Shown: in pieces, positions 9,972-21,894 of the stretch | Layout of the letters: every line of letters begins with the position of its first letter | How positions within the stretch are numbered: the first letter of the stretch is position 1 | NCBI GenBank assembly: GCA_964016885.1 | Contig: OZ024742.1 | Coordinates: 358,608,001 to 358,672,000, forward strand | Direction of reading: 5' to 3' | DNA: 64,000 nucleotides | Source of the DNA: Eledone cirrhosa | Taxonomy: Eukaryota | Position numbers and translations under genes: made by a program | The notes under the pieces: model-generated | The model's input: the letters and a program-made list of their open reading frames with translations, nothing else | What the model was told of the DNA's origin: nothing | Databases searched by the model: none

Positions 9972-11650
9972 GGGACAGTAGACTTAAACTTAAACTTAAA
10001 GAACAATTAGAAGACAGCTTAACCCTGATAATGTACTCCCGCTACGTAGATGATATAAACATCGTAGTTAAGACACCCCCACTAGAGAACAGTCAGGAAC
10101 TAGAGAAAAACACAATGGAAAGCATCCAGCAAATAGCAAACTCCATCCACCAGAGCATTAGAGTTACTATAGACTACCCAAGTAGACACCCCAACCATCG
10201 ATTACCTGTACTAGACACAGAGCTCTGGTTAGATACCATTAACAACCAAAAACAAATCCTCCATTCCCATTATGCCAAACCCATGACTTCCAAACATCTG
10301 ATCCACCGAAACTCGGCCATTTCGGACCATACCAAAATCAACATACTGATTGCGGATTTGGTACGGGTGATGAGAAATGTGTCCCGTATGTGCAACCCCG
10401 AAGAACTAGAGAGACACATACAACACTTCATCCACCGTATGCAGTTCTCTGGCTACAATCAGAGAGATAGAATCAGAGTGTATGGAGGAGCCAGAACCAA
10501 ATGGGAAAAATGGTAAATAATGACATAATGGGACCTGCCCCTTGTATAGGAGCAAATTTTGGAATAGAATAGAAAGAACTAGGAACAAGGCCAATAGAAT
10601 AAACTCATGGTATGATAGCAATAAATACCAGAGTGTAATGTTCATCGATACAACCCCTAGAGGCGAGCTAGCCTACAAATTTAGAAGGGCCCTAAATAAA
10701 CATAAACTCAATATTAAGATAGTAGAAAGACCAGGTACCTCCGTAAAAACACTTATTAGCAAGACATACCCGTTCCAAAGACCCTCATGTATAGATAACA
10801 AATCTATAACCTGTAAAATAAGCCCCCATATTAACTGTAAAACTAGAAATGTAGTGTATAGTATAAGATGTACTGAAGGACAATGTAGAAACAAAAATAT
10901 AGTGTACATAGGTGAGACAGCTCGTAGTATAGGGGAACGGATAAATGAACACTGGCGAGACCTTCAAGATAATAAAGAATCATCTGTACTCTACCAACAT
11001 GCTAAGATAGAACACAAGGGTAAATTAGAGAACATAGAAATAAAAATAGAATCTACACACAGAAACGATGCAATGTTTAGACAAATTACAGAGGCAATAA
11101 ACATAAAAGAATTACAACCAAAATTAAATAGAAAATATGAGTGGAACAGCAACATCACAACTTACAATTAAGGACAAAATGAAAACACACACACACATAG
11201 AACAAACAACCAACCAACAACATGTAAATAAATAAACAAATAGATAAATGAACACAAACACACACAGACACCCGGATGTGGCGCATGCGCAAACTGAGCA
11301 CACAACACACACACAGAAACAAAATGGCGTAGGATAGAAGAAAGGAAAGGCACAGAAACAAAGAAAGGAATCCCCAGTCACTGAAGAGGTCACAGAGTGT
11401 GTGACGAAAGGACTATGACTATATATAAACAACTATCTGGTTGTGGAACCAACCAACCAACCAGAAATTTATAAATTTGTAGATTTGTAAATTTATAAAT
11501 TTATAAATTTATAAATATATAATAATTTGAAGTGAAAGCATCTGGTGCGTGTGTTTCTTATTGGCAACATGACCCTCCCAAAGTATAACCATATCGGTTT
11601 CAACACACGATTTCAGATAAAGAATCTTGCTAAACAAATTCAGAAACGAA
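9972..11650 (+). mobile_element. 5'-truncated Penelope-like retroelement (RT C-terminus, GIY-YIG endonuclease, 3' pLTR)
   Basis: YSRYVDDI, LPVLDT, HYAKPMTS; frameshift near 10515; NVVYSIRC...VYIGETARSIGERINEH...RQITEA...PKLN; hammerhead downstream of the stop. Confidence 0.92.
11376..11420 (+). ncRNA. Minimal type I hammerhead ribozyme in Penelope 3' repeat
   Basis: AGUCA-CUGAAGA-G-GUCACA[GAGUG]UGUGAC-GAAA-GGAC-UA^-UGACU; perfect stems I and II; sense to the PLE ORF. Confidence 0.8.
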
Positions 11651-11672
11651 ATATATATATATATATATATAT

Positions 11673-14345
11673 GAAAACAGGGAGAAAGAGACGATTATGA
11701 GGAAGAAAAATATATTTTTTTCCTTTTGTGTTGCTCTCTCTCTCTTTTCTTGGTTAGAAAATGATTAAAACGAAATGTTTTACTTTGTGTGAAGTGTTAA
11801 GGTATTAGTTGATTTATTTATTATTTAACAATGGCATTTATATGCATTATCAAATGATAGTGAAATGTATTAGTGTGGTGTCGCACATGTTAAACAGAAG
11901 GTGCAGAAAGAATAATGTTATATACAAACAAGGTTTAAGAAGTGAAAAGAAAAAGGAAAAAAAAAGTACATAATGTGGAACGTAAAAAGTCAATGTGGAA
12001 GAAAAAATAATGTTATTTACAAGAACATTCATTGAAGTTAAGCAGTTCAAAATATGTAACATCGCAAGAATGCTTAGTTGAACCATGGTTCCGTGAAGGA
12101 GGCAAATGGTGGACTGTGGTTTGATATGATTTCCTTTTTTAGAGAGTTAATATGCAGGGGGAAGCAATTCTTGCTGGATGATATTTAATTTATTTAAGAA
12201 ATAGGATTAGGTAGGGTGTGAGGGAGGTAACTCTTGTAAATGTTTGATGGTTTGTTGCAGTTTTAGATTGGTCCGATTTTTAGGGCATTGAGTAGTGGTT
12301 GAAATTTATTAATGAAATGTGTTTCCTTATTGGTACGTTGGATGAAATTAGCGTTGTCTATGAATTTGTAAATGGGGAACATTTTAAAGTTTGGATGTTG
12401 GTTGAGAGCACAATTGGCGATATGTTCACTAAATGCAATCTTTCTGTATTCCTGTATTTTAATTTGTGATTTATGGACGGTCATACGTTGGCGGAGGCTG
12501 TTTTTTCTCTGTCCTATGTAGTGCTCTTGACAACCTGAGCATGTCAAATCATAGATAAGGTTTTCAGATGCACATGTAAAGTTGTGTTTAAAGGTGAAAC
12601 GTTGTCCCTGTTTAAAATGGAATGTTGAATCTTCTATTAGATTTGTGCATATGCCACAGTTGGGGCTTCCGCATTTTGTTACTGTAGGGTTCATTGTGAG
12701 GGTTTGTTGGATTTTGGCTTGTGTGAGGATGTTTTTTATGGATTTGGGTTGTCTTTTGCTCTTTATGATGTTGTGTGTTTGGAGGATATTGTTCATTCTT
12801 GGGTCTCTCTTTTGTAAAGGAATGTTCTGGAGGATTGTGTCGAATGCCTCATTGTTAAGGGGGTTGTGTGTGGAGATGTATGATAGAGTTTTTTGTTACG
12901 GTGCACTCCAGGGTTTGGGGTGTCTGAGTTCCTGGATGTCTAGTTTTAGGGCACGTTGGAATCCATTGGTGATTAGGGATGGTGGGTAGTTTCTGTTGAT
13001 AAGTGTGTTTTTTAATTCTCCTAGTCGTGTGTAGCCTGTGTATTTATCTGAAACTATTGTGAAGATCCTTCTGGCTAGGTTATATGGAATTGCCACTTTT
13101 GTGTGTCTAGGGTGGCACGAGTTGAATGGAAGGTATTGTTTGGAGTCTGTGGGTTTGTAGTATATGTCTGTTTCTATTTTGTTACTTGTTTTCTTGATGA
13201 GGTTGTCGAGGAAAGTGAGTTGTTCATGGCTGTAATCCATTGTGAATTGTAAGTTTGTGTTGAGCCCATTCAGAAGGGTTTTGAACTCAAACAGTCTATA
13301 TATACTTTCATGCCAGAGTATGAAGCAGTCGTCCAGATATATCTTCCAGTTCTTTTCTATGTGTTGGTAGAAGTGGTTGCCGTATTTGTCTAGAACTTTG
13401 CGGTAGAGGATGGTTTCCAAATATCCCATGACAAGGTTGGCGTATGAGGGGGCCACTTTCGTGCCCATGGCAGTCCCAGATTTCTGTCTGTAGTATTTGG
13501 CATTGAATTCGAAGAAATTGTTTTCCAAGATGAATTTGAGTCCCTCCAACACAAATTCTTTAGGGATGCGCTGTGGGAGTTCACTAGGGAAATTTTCCAT
13601 CCAGAATTGTATTGCCTCTATACCTAGGTTGTATGGGATATTGGAATATAAATTGATGACATCAAAGGTTACTAGTAGGATATGTTCGTTATTGAGTGTT
13701 GTTGGGAGGTGGTTGAGCATGTCAAGGTTGTTCCTTATGAAGCTTTTTATATGTTTAGGAAAGGTTTAAGCAGAATACTTAGGAAGTTGCTTAGGCGGTG
13801 GGTTTCACATGTGGTGCCTGCTATTATGGGTCTTAATTTAAGGTCATCAGGAGGGGCTATACGGATGTAAATGTCTGTGGCTTGCTTTCAGGCCCTGCCT
13901 ATTAGTTCGCTTTTGTGTGCCTTGGGGATACCGTAGAAGAGGCTGGTTCTGCTTTTGAAATTGGTGATGTAGTTGTATTCCTTGTCTGTAAGGCCTTCTT
14001 TGTAAAGGGTTATTAGGGATTTTAGGTTTCTCATTATATTCTGTTGTGTGTAGTGTTGGGCCTTTTCATAATTTGTTTGGTTTTCTAGAGTTGAGAGTAC
14101 TAGAGTTGTGTAATAATCTGTCTCCATAAGGACTACTGCACGCCCTTTATCTGCCTCTTTGATTATTAGGGTTTTGTTGTTTTTTAGACTGTTAAGACCA
14201 TTCCATTCTTTTTTGCTTAGGTTTGGTTTTTGTTTATGTCTGTGTATGTGGTGGTATGGGTAATTAGTAATGTGTTCGCAGAATTGATCGAGGAAATTAT
14301 TCTTGCCTTTTGGTGGGGTGTAGTTGCTTCTATTTCTGGCTATTG
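11673..14345 (-). mobile_element. Penelope-like retroelement (RT, Cys-rich linker, GIY-YIG), frameshifted; coding part ~14345-12263
   Basis: FYGIPKAHK, FDVINLYSNIP, GTAMGTKVAPSYANL, WKIYLDDCF, YYKPTDS; KCGSPNCGIC...FTC linker; NLIYDLTCSGCQEHYIGQ...RQRMTVH...PLLN. Confidence 0.92.
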
Positions 14346-14489
14346 TGAATAATCATATTATAAGGTATCTATTTTTGAAGTTCTGGTCAACTTTATTTAG
14401 TTACCTACCTAGCTATGTGTGGTTACACACTTGTAAAAATTATCTCCTGTGATTATTCATGTTTATATATATGTTAATCAATTTCTAGT

Positions 14490-14549
14490 TATATATATAT
14501 ATATATATATACATACATATATATATACATATATATACGTGTGTATAAT

Positions 14550-14632
<83 letters not shown>

Positions 14633-14639
14633 GTACATA

Positions 14640-14701
<62 letters not shown>
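14490..14701. repeat. Interrupted (TA)n microsatellite
   Basis: Read directly. Confidence 0.97.
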
Positions 14702-14702
<1 letters not shown>

Positions 14703-14939
14703 CTTCAACTATTCCTACTACGGTGTAACCATGTAATCGTAACGTTCACGTTTTTCCTATCTACTCCACACCACAATTTCGTACATAGTCCAAACATCCA
14801 ATCTCGCAAAATCCGAAATCTGTATTTTTTGTTATTTATTAAGGTTTAAATACGGTGTTTTTGTCGTATTGAACAGAACAAATCTTGCAGTTTTGCTTTT
14901 TGTTAATCGCTTGTTAAACATTCATAACCTTCCAGCTAG

Positions 14940-15118
14940 CTACCCCACACCCCTCCCACCCGTCCCCACACACCACCATTCTTAATACGTGGACCAATCA
15001 TAAGCGAGAGACCCCACCCCCCCACACGCATCACCATTATTATTATTATAAGCCAGAGAACCCCCCCACACGCATCACCATTATTATTATTACGCGGACC
15101 AATCATAAGCCAGAGGCC
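14940..15118. repeat. Degenerate short tandem repeats (CCCCACACGCATCACCATTATTATT / GGACCAATCATAAGC)
   Basis: Two to three imperfect copies immediately upstream of the RTE. Confidence 0.6.
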
Positions 15119-15119
15119 T

Positions 15120-18100
15120 ATACTATCGCTTGCACGGTTGCCTTCGATATATGATGGATGGATGGATGGATGGATGGACGGACTGCGGAATCCTGGAGAG
15201 TGGAAGGGAGAGAAAAATCTGGACGCTCAGAGCGAAAATGCCAAAGTTAAAGTCAAATTCACCTCGTGGACGAGAATGCGAGCACTCCTCTTTGTTTCGC
15301 CCGCGGATGGCTAACATAACCCCATCTCCCCCCGCCCCCCACCACCCCCACCCTCCAAACGCAATCCAAAACTTCAGAGTTGGTACCATAAATGTAGGCA
15401 CCCTAAAGGGTCGCGCTAACGAGGTTGTAGAAATGCTTGAACGTAAGGAGGTCGATGTTTGTTGTATTCAAGAGACCAGGTGGAGGGGTGGGTCTGCTAG
15501 ATTCATTGAGGGTAAATAACGATGTTATAAGCTTTTCTGGGTGGGAAACGACGATGGGCTGGGTGGAGTAGGAATCATGGTAGCAGAAAAGTGGGCAGAT
15601 AAGATAATAGACGTAAATAGAGTGAACGACAGAATAATTAAAATACGACTTGTCCTCAATAGAACTACGGTGACAGTAATATCTGCGTACGCACCCCAAT
15701 CCGGACTGCCCGGCACTATAAAAGACAGATTCTATGAGACACTGATGCTCACTACCTCCCAAATATCTGACAGTGACTATATAATTATTGCAGGCGACCT
15801 AAATGGTAACGTTGGACAACATTGTGACGGCTACGACGAAATCCATGGAGGCTATGGGTTTGGTACTAGAAATGAGGAAGGCTCCAGAATCCTGGAATTC
15901 TGTGATGCAAATAACCTAACTATCTGTAACACTAACTTCAAAAAACGTGACAATCACCTGATCACCTATAGATCCGGGGAACACACAAGCCAGGTAGATT
16001 ATATCCTTACCAGAAGACGTGACAGAGTGTCTGTTGTAAACACTAAATCCTTCCCCCATGAAGAATGCACCTCCCAACATAGACTGATAATTAGCGACCT
16101 CATAGTCAGGACGAGACGTACTCGACAGCAGAAGAGGATTATCCTCAGGAGAAAAATATGGAAGCTAAAGGACCCCACAGCCAAAAATAAATTTCAAAAC
16201 ATATTACTTGATGCTTTCGACAGTAAGGAAGAACATTTAGATTCGGACAATATAGAGGGACAGTGGGAATTTCTGAAAGCAAACCTGCTGTTGGCGACAG
16301 ACGAAGTCTGTGGCTGGAGCAGGCCTGTAGGCAGGAGGAGAGTAACATGGTGGTGGAACAGTAAGGTGGAGGGGTAAATTAAGGCCAAAAAGCAGGCTTG
16401 GAAAGTATGGCGGGATGGGGGATGTAGAGTAGACTATCAAGTGGCCAGGAGGGAAGCTAGGAGAGAAGTGTACTTAGCAAGAAGGGAAGCTGAGGAAAGA
16501 AAGTTCAAGCATGTTCTACAACGCGATGACCAAAAACGTGAGGTGTTCAGGATTGCTAGGCAATGCGTCAAGGAAAACCGTGATATTGTCGGGGAGAAGT
16601 GTGTACTTAACGATGATGGCATACTTGCCATCACCGACACTGATAAGAAGGTAGCTTGGAAGTGTCACTATGAAAGGCTACTAAATGAGGAGAATAAATG
16701 GGAGACAGACAGTTTCCCCCATATCGACCCAATAGAGGGACCAGCAGTGTTAGTCGAGGGAGTATAATAAGTAAGGCAATCAAGGATATGAAGACAGGTA
16801 AGGCGGCTGGGCCTTCGGAAATAGTTGCTGAGATGCTGAAGGCATCTGGCACGGTGGGACACACCATGGTCACTCGCATAGTTAACCATGTCGTACAGAA
16901 TGGGGTTGTTCCGAAGGACTGGCATAGCCGCATCATCGTTAAATGTTATAAGGGTAAAGGAGACGCCCTAGATAGGAGTAACTATAGAGGCATTAAATTA
17001 ATCGACCAGGTCATGAAGGTCACGGAAAAAGTAATAGCGCAACTAATCAGAGAGAGAATTGACCTAGATGAAATGCAGTTCGGGTTTGTGTCAGGCAAAA
17101 GTACCACAGACGCTCTTTCCATAGTACGACAACTACAGGAGAAGTTCCTAGCTAAAGGTAAACCCCTCTACTTAGCTTTTGTCGACTTGGAGAAAGCCTT
17201 CGACAGAGTCCCCCGCTCCATTATCTGGTGGGCTCTTAGAAAACTAGGCGTTGACGAATGGCTTGTGAGGGCTATACAAGCCATGTATAAAGAAACAGTC
17301 AGCAAGGTTAGAATTAACAACGAATATAGAGAAGAGTTTAGCGTAAAAGTTGGCGTCCATCAGGGCTCTGTTCTCAGCCCCCTACTATTTATTATTGCCC
17401 TTCAGGCTATAACAGAGGAGTTCAAGACAGGCTGCCCATGGGAACTCCTATACGCAGACGACCTGACACTCATAGCGGAATCAATGGCCGAGCTAGAGAA
17501 GAAATTCCAAACATGGAAGCACGGCCTAGAGTCAAAAGGACTTAAAATTAACCTGGCTAAGACCAAAGTTCTAGTTTGTAGGAAAAAAAACAAGGCGGCG
17601 GTCCCTTCTGGGAAATGGTCGTGCTCGGTGTGTAGGAAAGGCGTAGGTAGAAACTCCATTTTATGTCCTAAATGCAAAGTATGGGTGCATAAAAGATGTA
17701 GTGGGATCACAGGTAAGCTAACTAAGAACATAGATTTTACATGTGGCCGGTGTTCTGGTGCAATAAGTAGCAGCAAGTGCCCACAAAATACTAGCTCTAG
17801 CTCTTTCAATTGCGCAGAGGGTTCTATAGAAATAGTGGACAGCTTCCGTTACTTGGGCGATAAAATCAGCAGTGGGGGAGGGTGCTCTGAAAGTACTGTA
17901 GCTAGAGTCAGAACTGGTTGGAAAAAGTTCAGAGAGCTTATACCACTATTAGCTGCTAAAGGGTTCTCCCTAAAAATGAAAGGCAGGTTGTACGATGCCT
18001 GCATACGAACAGCAATGTTGCATGGCAGTGAGACCTGGGCATTGTGTGCAGAGGATATACGCAGACTAGAGAGGAACGAAGCTTGCATGCTCCGCTGGAT

Positions 18101-18787
18101 GTGTAACAGTAATATACGTGAACGGCAAAGCATAAACGAACTAAGGAAAAAATTAGAGATAAGAGGGATCAGATGTTGTTTACTCGAGAGAAGGCTACGT
18201 TGGTATGGACACGTGATGCGCATGAAAGTCGATAGCTGTATAACAAAGTGCAGGGCAATAAAGATAGACGGTAGCCACGGAATAGGCAGACCTAGAAAAA
18301 CCTGGGACGAGCTGATAAACTCCGACCTCACACACTTACACCTCTCCAAGACAATGTCACTGGACCGAGACCTTTGGCGGTACTCAGTAACAGAGAAGAC
18401 CCGCCTTGCCAGTAGGCATCTCTAACAAAATACACCCCGTCCCACCATCACCACCACCCCCACCCCATCCACACCACCCCGTTCTATGTAAAGTTATGTT
18501 GGTGCCGCGCCATCCAGGCCGAAACAAATGAGATCGTGTAGGTGTCACGACAAAAAACACACAGTCCACGCTGTAATGTGGCCGTGTAGGCAACACGGTA
18601 AAAACCTCCCAGACCCACACTGTAAATGTGGTTGGTGTTAGGAAGGGCATCCAACTGTAGAAAACCTGCCAGACAGTCCTATGCGAGCAAGACAATCACT
18701 CTTGCCTCAAGTGGGACTACCCCCGTCCAAACCCATGCAAGCGTGGAACACGGACGTTAAACGTTGATGATGATGATGATGATGATG
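15120..18787 (+). mobile_element. Near full-length RTE-clade LINE with (GAT)n tail
   Basis: Single EN-RT ORF organisation, 3' UTR with ~49-bp sub-repeats and (GAT)n end; 5' boundary approximate. Confidence 0.92.
15238..18425 (+). pseudogene. RTE ORF: APE endonuclease, reverse transcriptase and PHD-type finger; two in-frame stops (15517, 16375) and a frameshift near 16760
   Basis: RVGTINVGTL, CCIQETRW, ISAYAP, IAGDLNG, SQVDYIL, SQHRLI; YRGIKL, QFGF, FVDLEKAFD, GVHQGSVLSP, LYADDL, FRYLG, RRLRWYGHVMR, GRPRKTW. Confidence 0.93.
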
Positions 18788-18824
18788 TACATACATATAT
18801 ATATATACATTTATATATATATAT

Positions 18825-20894
18825 AAGTGCTGAGAAGAAAGATGTATGGAAGAGTTATTATGATAGATTACTAAATGAGGAGAATGCATGGGAAGAAGAG
18901 ACCCTACCCCAAGTAGACCCTATAGAGGAGCCAGCAGTATAAGTCATAGCAGCGTAGTAAGTAAGGCAATCAAAGATGTGAAGACGGGGAAGGCATCTGG
19001 TCCATCGGGTGTAGCTGCCGAGATGCTGAAGGCATCTGGGTCGGTAGGTCACACCATAACAACACGTATTGTTAACCAGGTAATACTAGAAGGTGTCATA
19101 CCAAAGGATTGGTGCAGTAGCATCATTGTCAACTGCTACAAAAGTAAAGGTGATGAACTAGATAGAGGAAACTATAGAGGTATAAAGCTGATGGACCAGG
19201 TCATGAAAGTAACAGAAATAGCTATAGCACAGTTGATTAGGGACCAGATAAAACTAGATGAGATGCAATTTGGGTTTGTGCCAGGAAGAGGCACCACAGA
19301 TGCCCTCTTCCTTGTGAAGCAGTTGCAACAAAAGTACCTAGCTAAAAGTAAGCCCCTGGTATTCGTAGATCTCAAGAAACCCTTTGACAGAGTTCCCTGT
19401 GCTATAATCTGGTGGACTGTTAGAAAACTTGGAGTAGACGAATGGCTTATGAAAGCTGTACAATCCATATATAGGGGAGCAGTCAGCAAAGTTAGGATTA
19501 GCAATGAGTATAGCGAGGAATTTAGCGTACAGGTTGGTGTCCACCGGGGCTCTGTTCTTAGCCCTCTCCTGTTCATCATAGTCCTGCAGGCAATAACGGA
19601 GGAGTTTAAGAACGGATGCCCATGGGAACTCCTGTATGCAGATGACCTCGCACTTATAGCTGAATTTATGGTAGAACTAGAGAAGAAATTCCAAACTTGG
19701 AAGCAGGGACTAGAAAGTAAGGGTCTCAAAGTCAACCTGACAAAAACTAAGGTCCTTGTAAGTAGACGAGAAAATAGAACCCAGATCCCCTCAGGGAAAT
19801 GGCCTTGCTCAGTATGTAGGAACTCCATTCTCTGCCCCAAATGCAAACAATAGGTACACAAGTGATGTAGTGGGATCTCAGGAAGCTTAACTAAGAATGT
19901 AGGCTTCACATGTAGCAGCTGTGCTGGGACAGCAAGCAGCAAACAGCCACAGGAATCAAGTACCACCAAACTCTGGGAGGGCTCTGTAGAAACAGTAGAC
20001 AGCTCCTACTACCTAGGTGACCAAGTTAGCAGCGGAGGTGGGTGCTCGGAAAGTACAATAACTAGGGTTAGAATGGGATGGAAGAAGTTCAGGGAGCTAC
20101 TGCCACTGCTAGCTGCAAAAGGCTTTTCCCTCAAAATGAAAGGCAGACTGTATGATGCGTGTATCTGAACAGTAATGTTACATGGTAGTGAGACCTGGGC
20201 ACTGTGTGTGGAAGACTTGCGTAGATTAGAAAGAAATGAAGCCTGCATGCTCTGATGGATGTGTAATAGTAATAAACGTGAACGGCAAAGCATAAATGAA
20301 TTGCGAGAGAGACTGAGCATAATAGGAATCAAATGCTGTATGCAGGAGAGGTGGTTGCGTTGGTATGGACATGTGATGCGTATGAAGGATGACAGCTGCA
20401 TAAAAAGGTGCAGAGTACTAGAAGTCGATGGAAACTGCAGAGTGAGGAGACGCAAGAAGACCTGTGATGAGGTGATAAAAGCCGATCTTACCTGATTACA
20501 CCTCTCAAAGGCGATGATACATGACCATGACCTCTGGTGTCATGCAGTAATACAGAAGACCCAACCCCCCACGGGTACAAGCCGAAGCTGAAGCATATAA
20601 ACAATATGCCTCCACACCCTCCCACTGCAAAGTGGTCGTGGAGGTGCCACGGCAAAAAAGCACCCAGCCCACACTGTAAAATGGACTTGTAGGCGCCATG
20701 GAAAAAAGCACCCAGCACTCACTGTAATTGAGGTTGGTGTTAGGAAGGGCATCCTGCTGTAGAAATCAAGCCAGAATCAGTTCCTGTATGAGCAAGGCAT
20801 GGTCAGCCAACCGGACACTGCCCACAACAGGACAACCCATCTAACCCATGCTAGCGTGGAAGAATGGATGTAAAACGGTGATGATGATGATGAT
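18825..20894 (+). mobile_element. Second, more decayed 5'-truncated RTE LINE (related subfamily)
   Basis: ORF 18888-19853 aligns with the preceding RT (QFGF, FVDLKKPFD, LYADDL); several stops downstream; own 3' UTR and (GAT)n tail. Confidence 0.92.
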
Positions 20895-20898
20895 ATAT

Positions 20899-21430
20899 AG
20901 AAGATGGCTGCAAACTCTGCTAGGAGTACTGCAATCGCTTGTCAGATTACAGAGTTTGGTGCACCTTAAGGGTACGGCGAGCCACACGAACTAGTAACAT
21001 ATCCTGAACAAGCAATGCCTGTGTTTTGAAGGTTTTTTAAGTGTGGAAAGGCCTGGCACTCGACTAATCCCACTCTCTGAGCATCGAAAACACTACCCAA
21101 AAAGGAAAACTGATCAACATCATCGGATGTTTCCAAAGCTGCAGATTTTTATTCAGAGTTTCCCTCTCCTAGAAAGGTGTTGTGATAACAACTGGGAGCC
21201 TTTCACTCCCATGTAGAAAAAAAAAGAAAACAAAAAAATACTATTTGGATGGCCATTGACTTTGCTGAGTTCTTCTGCTCTTTGCTGAATCTCGTATTAC
21301 ATCCCGCAGGGTGTCCAAATATCACCCTCCTCACCAAGCAAGCTTGGTGGGGTTGCCGGTTTAGTCGCCGGTGACCAGACCATGAGACAGGTTGTACTGG
21401 GTTGTAGCACTTGAGAGCAAAGTGACATAA
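20899..21430 (-). mobile_element. Probable non-autonomous retroelement derivative (RTE-like UTR sequence)
   Basis: GC-richer non-coding block between microsatellites; resembles RTE-type 5' UTRs from memory only; no ORF. Confidence 0.3.
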
Positions 21431-21431
21431 C

Positions 21432-21443
21432 ATATATATATCT

Positions 21444-21494
<51 letters not shown>

Positions 21495-21530
21495 TATGTG
21501 TAGATATATATGTTATATATGTTATATATG

Positions 21531-21583
<53 letters not shown>
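21432..21583. repeat. Interrupted (TA)n microsatellite
   Basis: Read directly; another run at 21829-21865. Confidence 0.95.
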
Positions 21584-21586
<3 letters not shown>

Positions 21587-21826
21587 CCATACTGTTTATT
21601 TACAACAAAATTACATAGTATAATTGTATGAAATATATTAAAAACCAAGAGAATATTTAAAAATCTCAATCTACAAACAAAACCACAATGGAAAAACAAT
21701 TTAAAGAGAAAACAAACCTATAATATTTAAAGCAACAAAAACTAATCTAAAATTTTAAACTATAATTTTACATCGCTCCGCATTTTTTATTTTTTATTTT
21801 TTTTATTGAAGACAGCAATTAACTAG

Positions 21827-21829
<3 letters not shown>
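21583..21829 (-). repeat. AT-rich dispersed repeat, copy 2 (inverted relative to 7203-7440)
   Basis: Reverse-complement match; flanked by (TA)n on both sides. Confidence 0.85.
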
Positions 21830-21868
<39 letters not shown>

Positions 21869-21894
21869 TTTGTATATATATATATATGTATATA

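Noticed and set aside
11820-11856. Possible U3-A8 hammerhead in the 3' region of the minus-strand Penelope (TTGATAA plus hairpin)
   Set aside because: No GAAA after the hairpin and no stem I.
15260-15320. HDV-like ribozyme in the RTE 5' region (TTC-ACCTCGT-GGA ... GGCTAA)
   Set aside because: P3/L3-like and J4/2-like words are present but I could not build P1 or P2.
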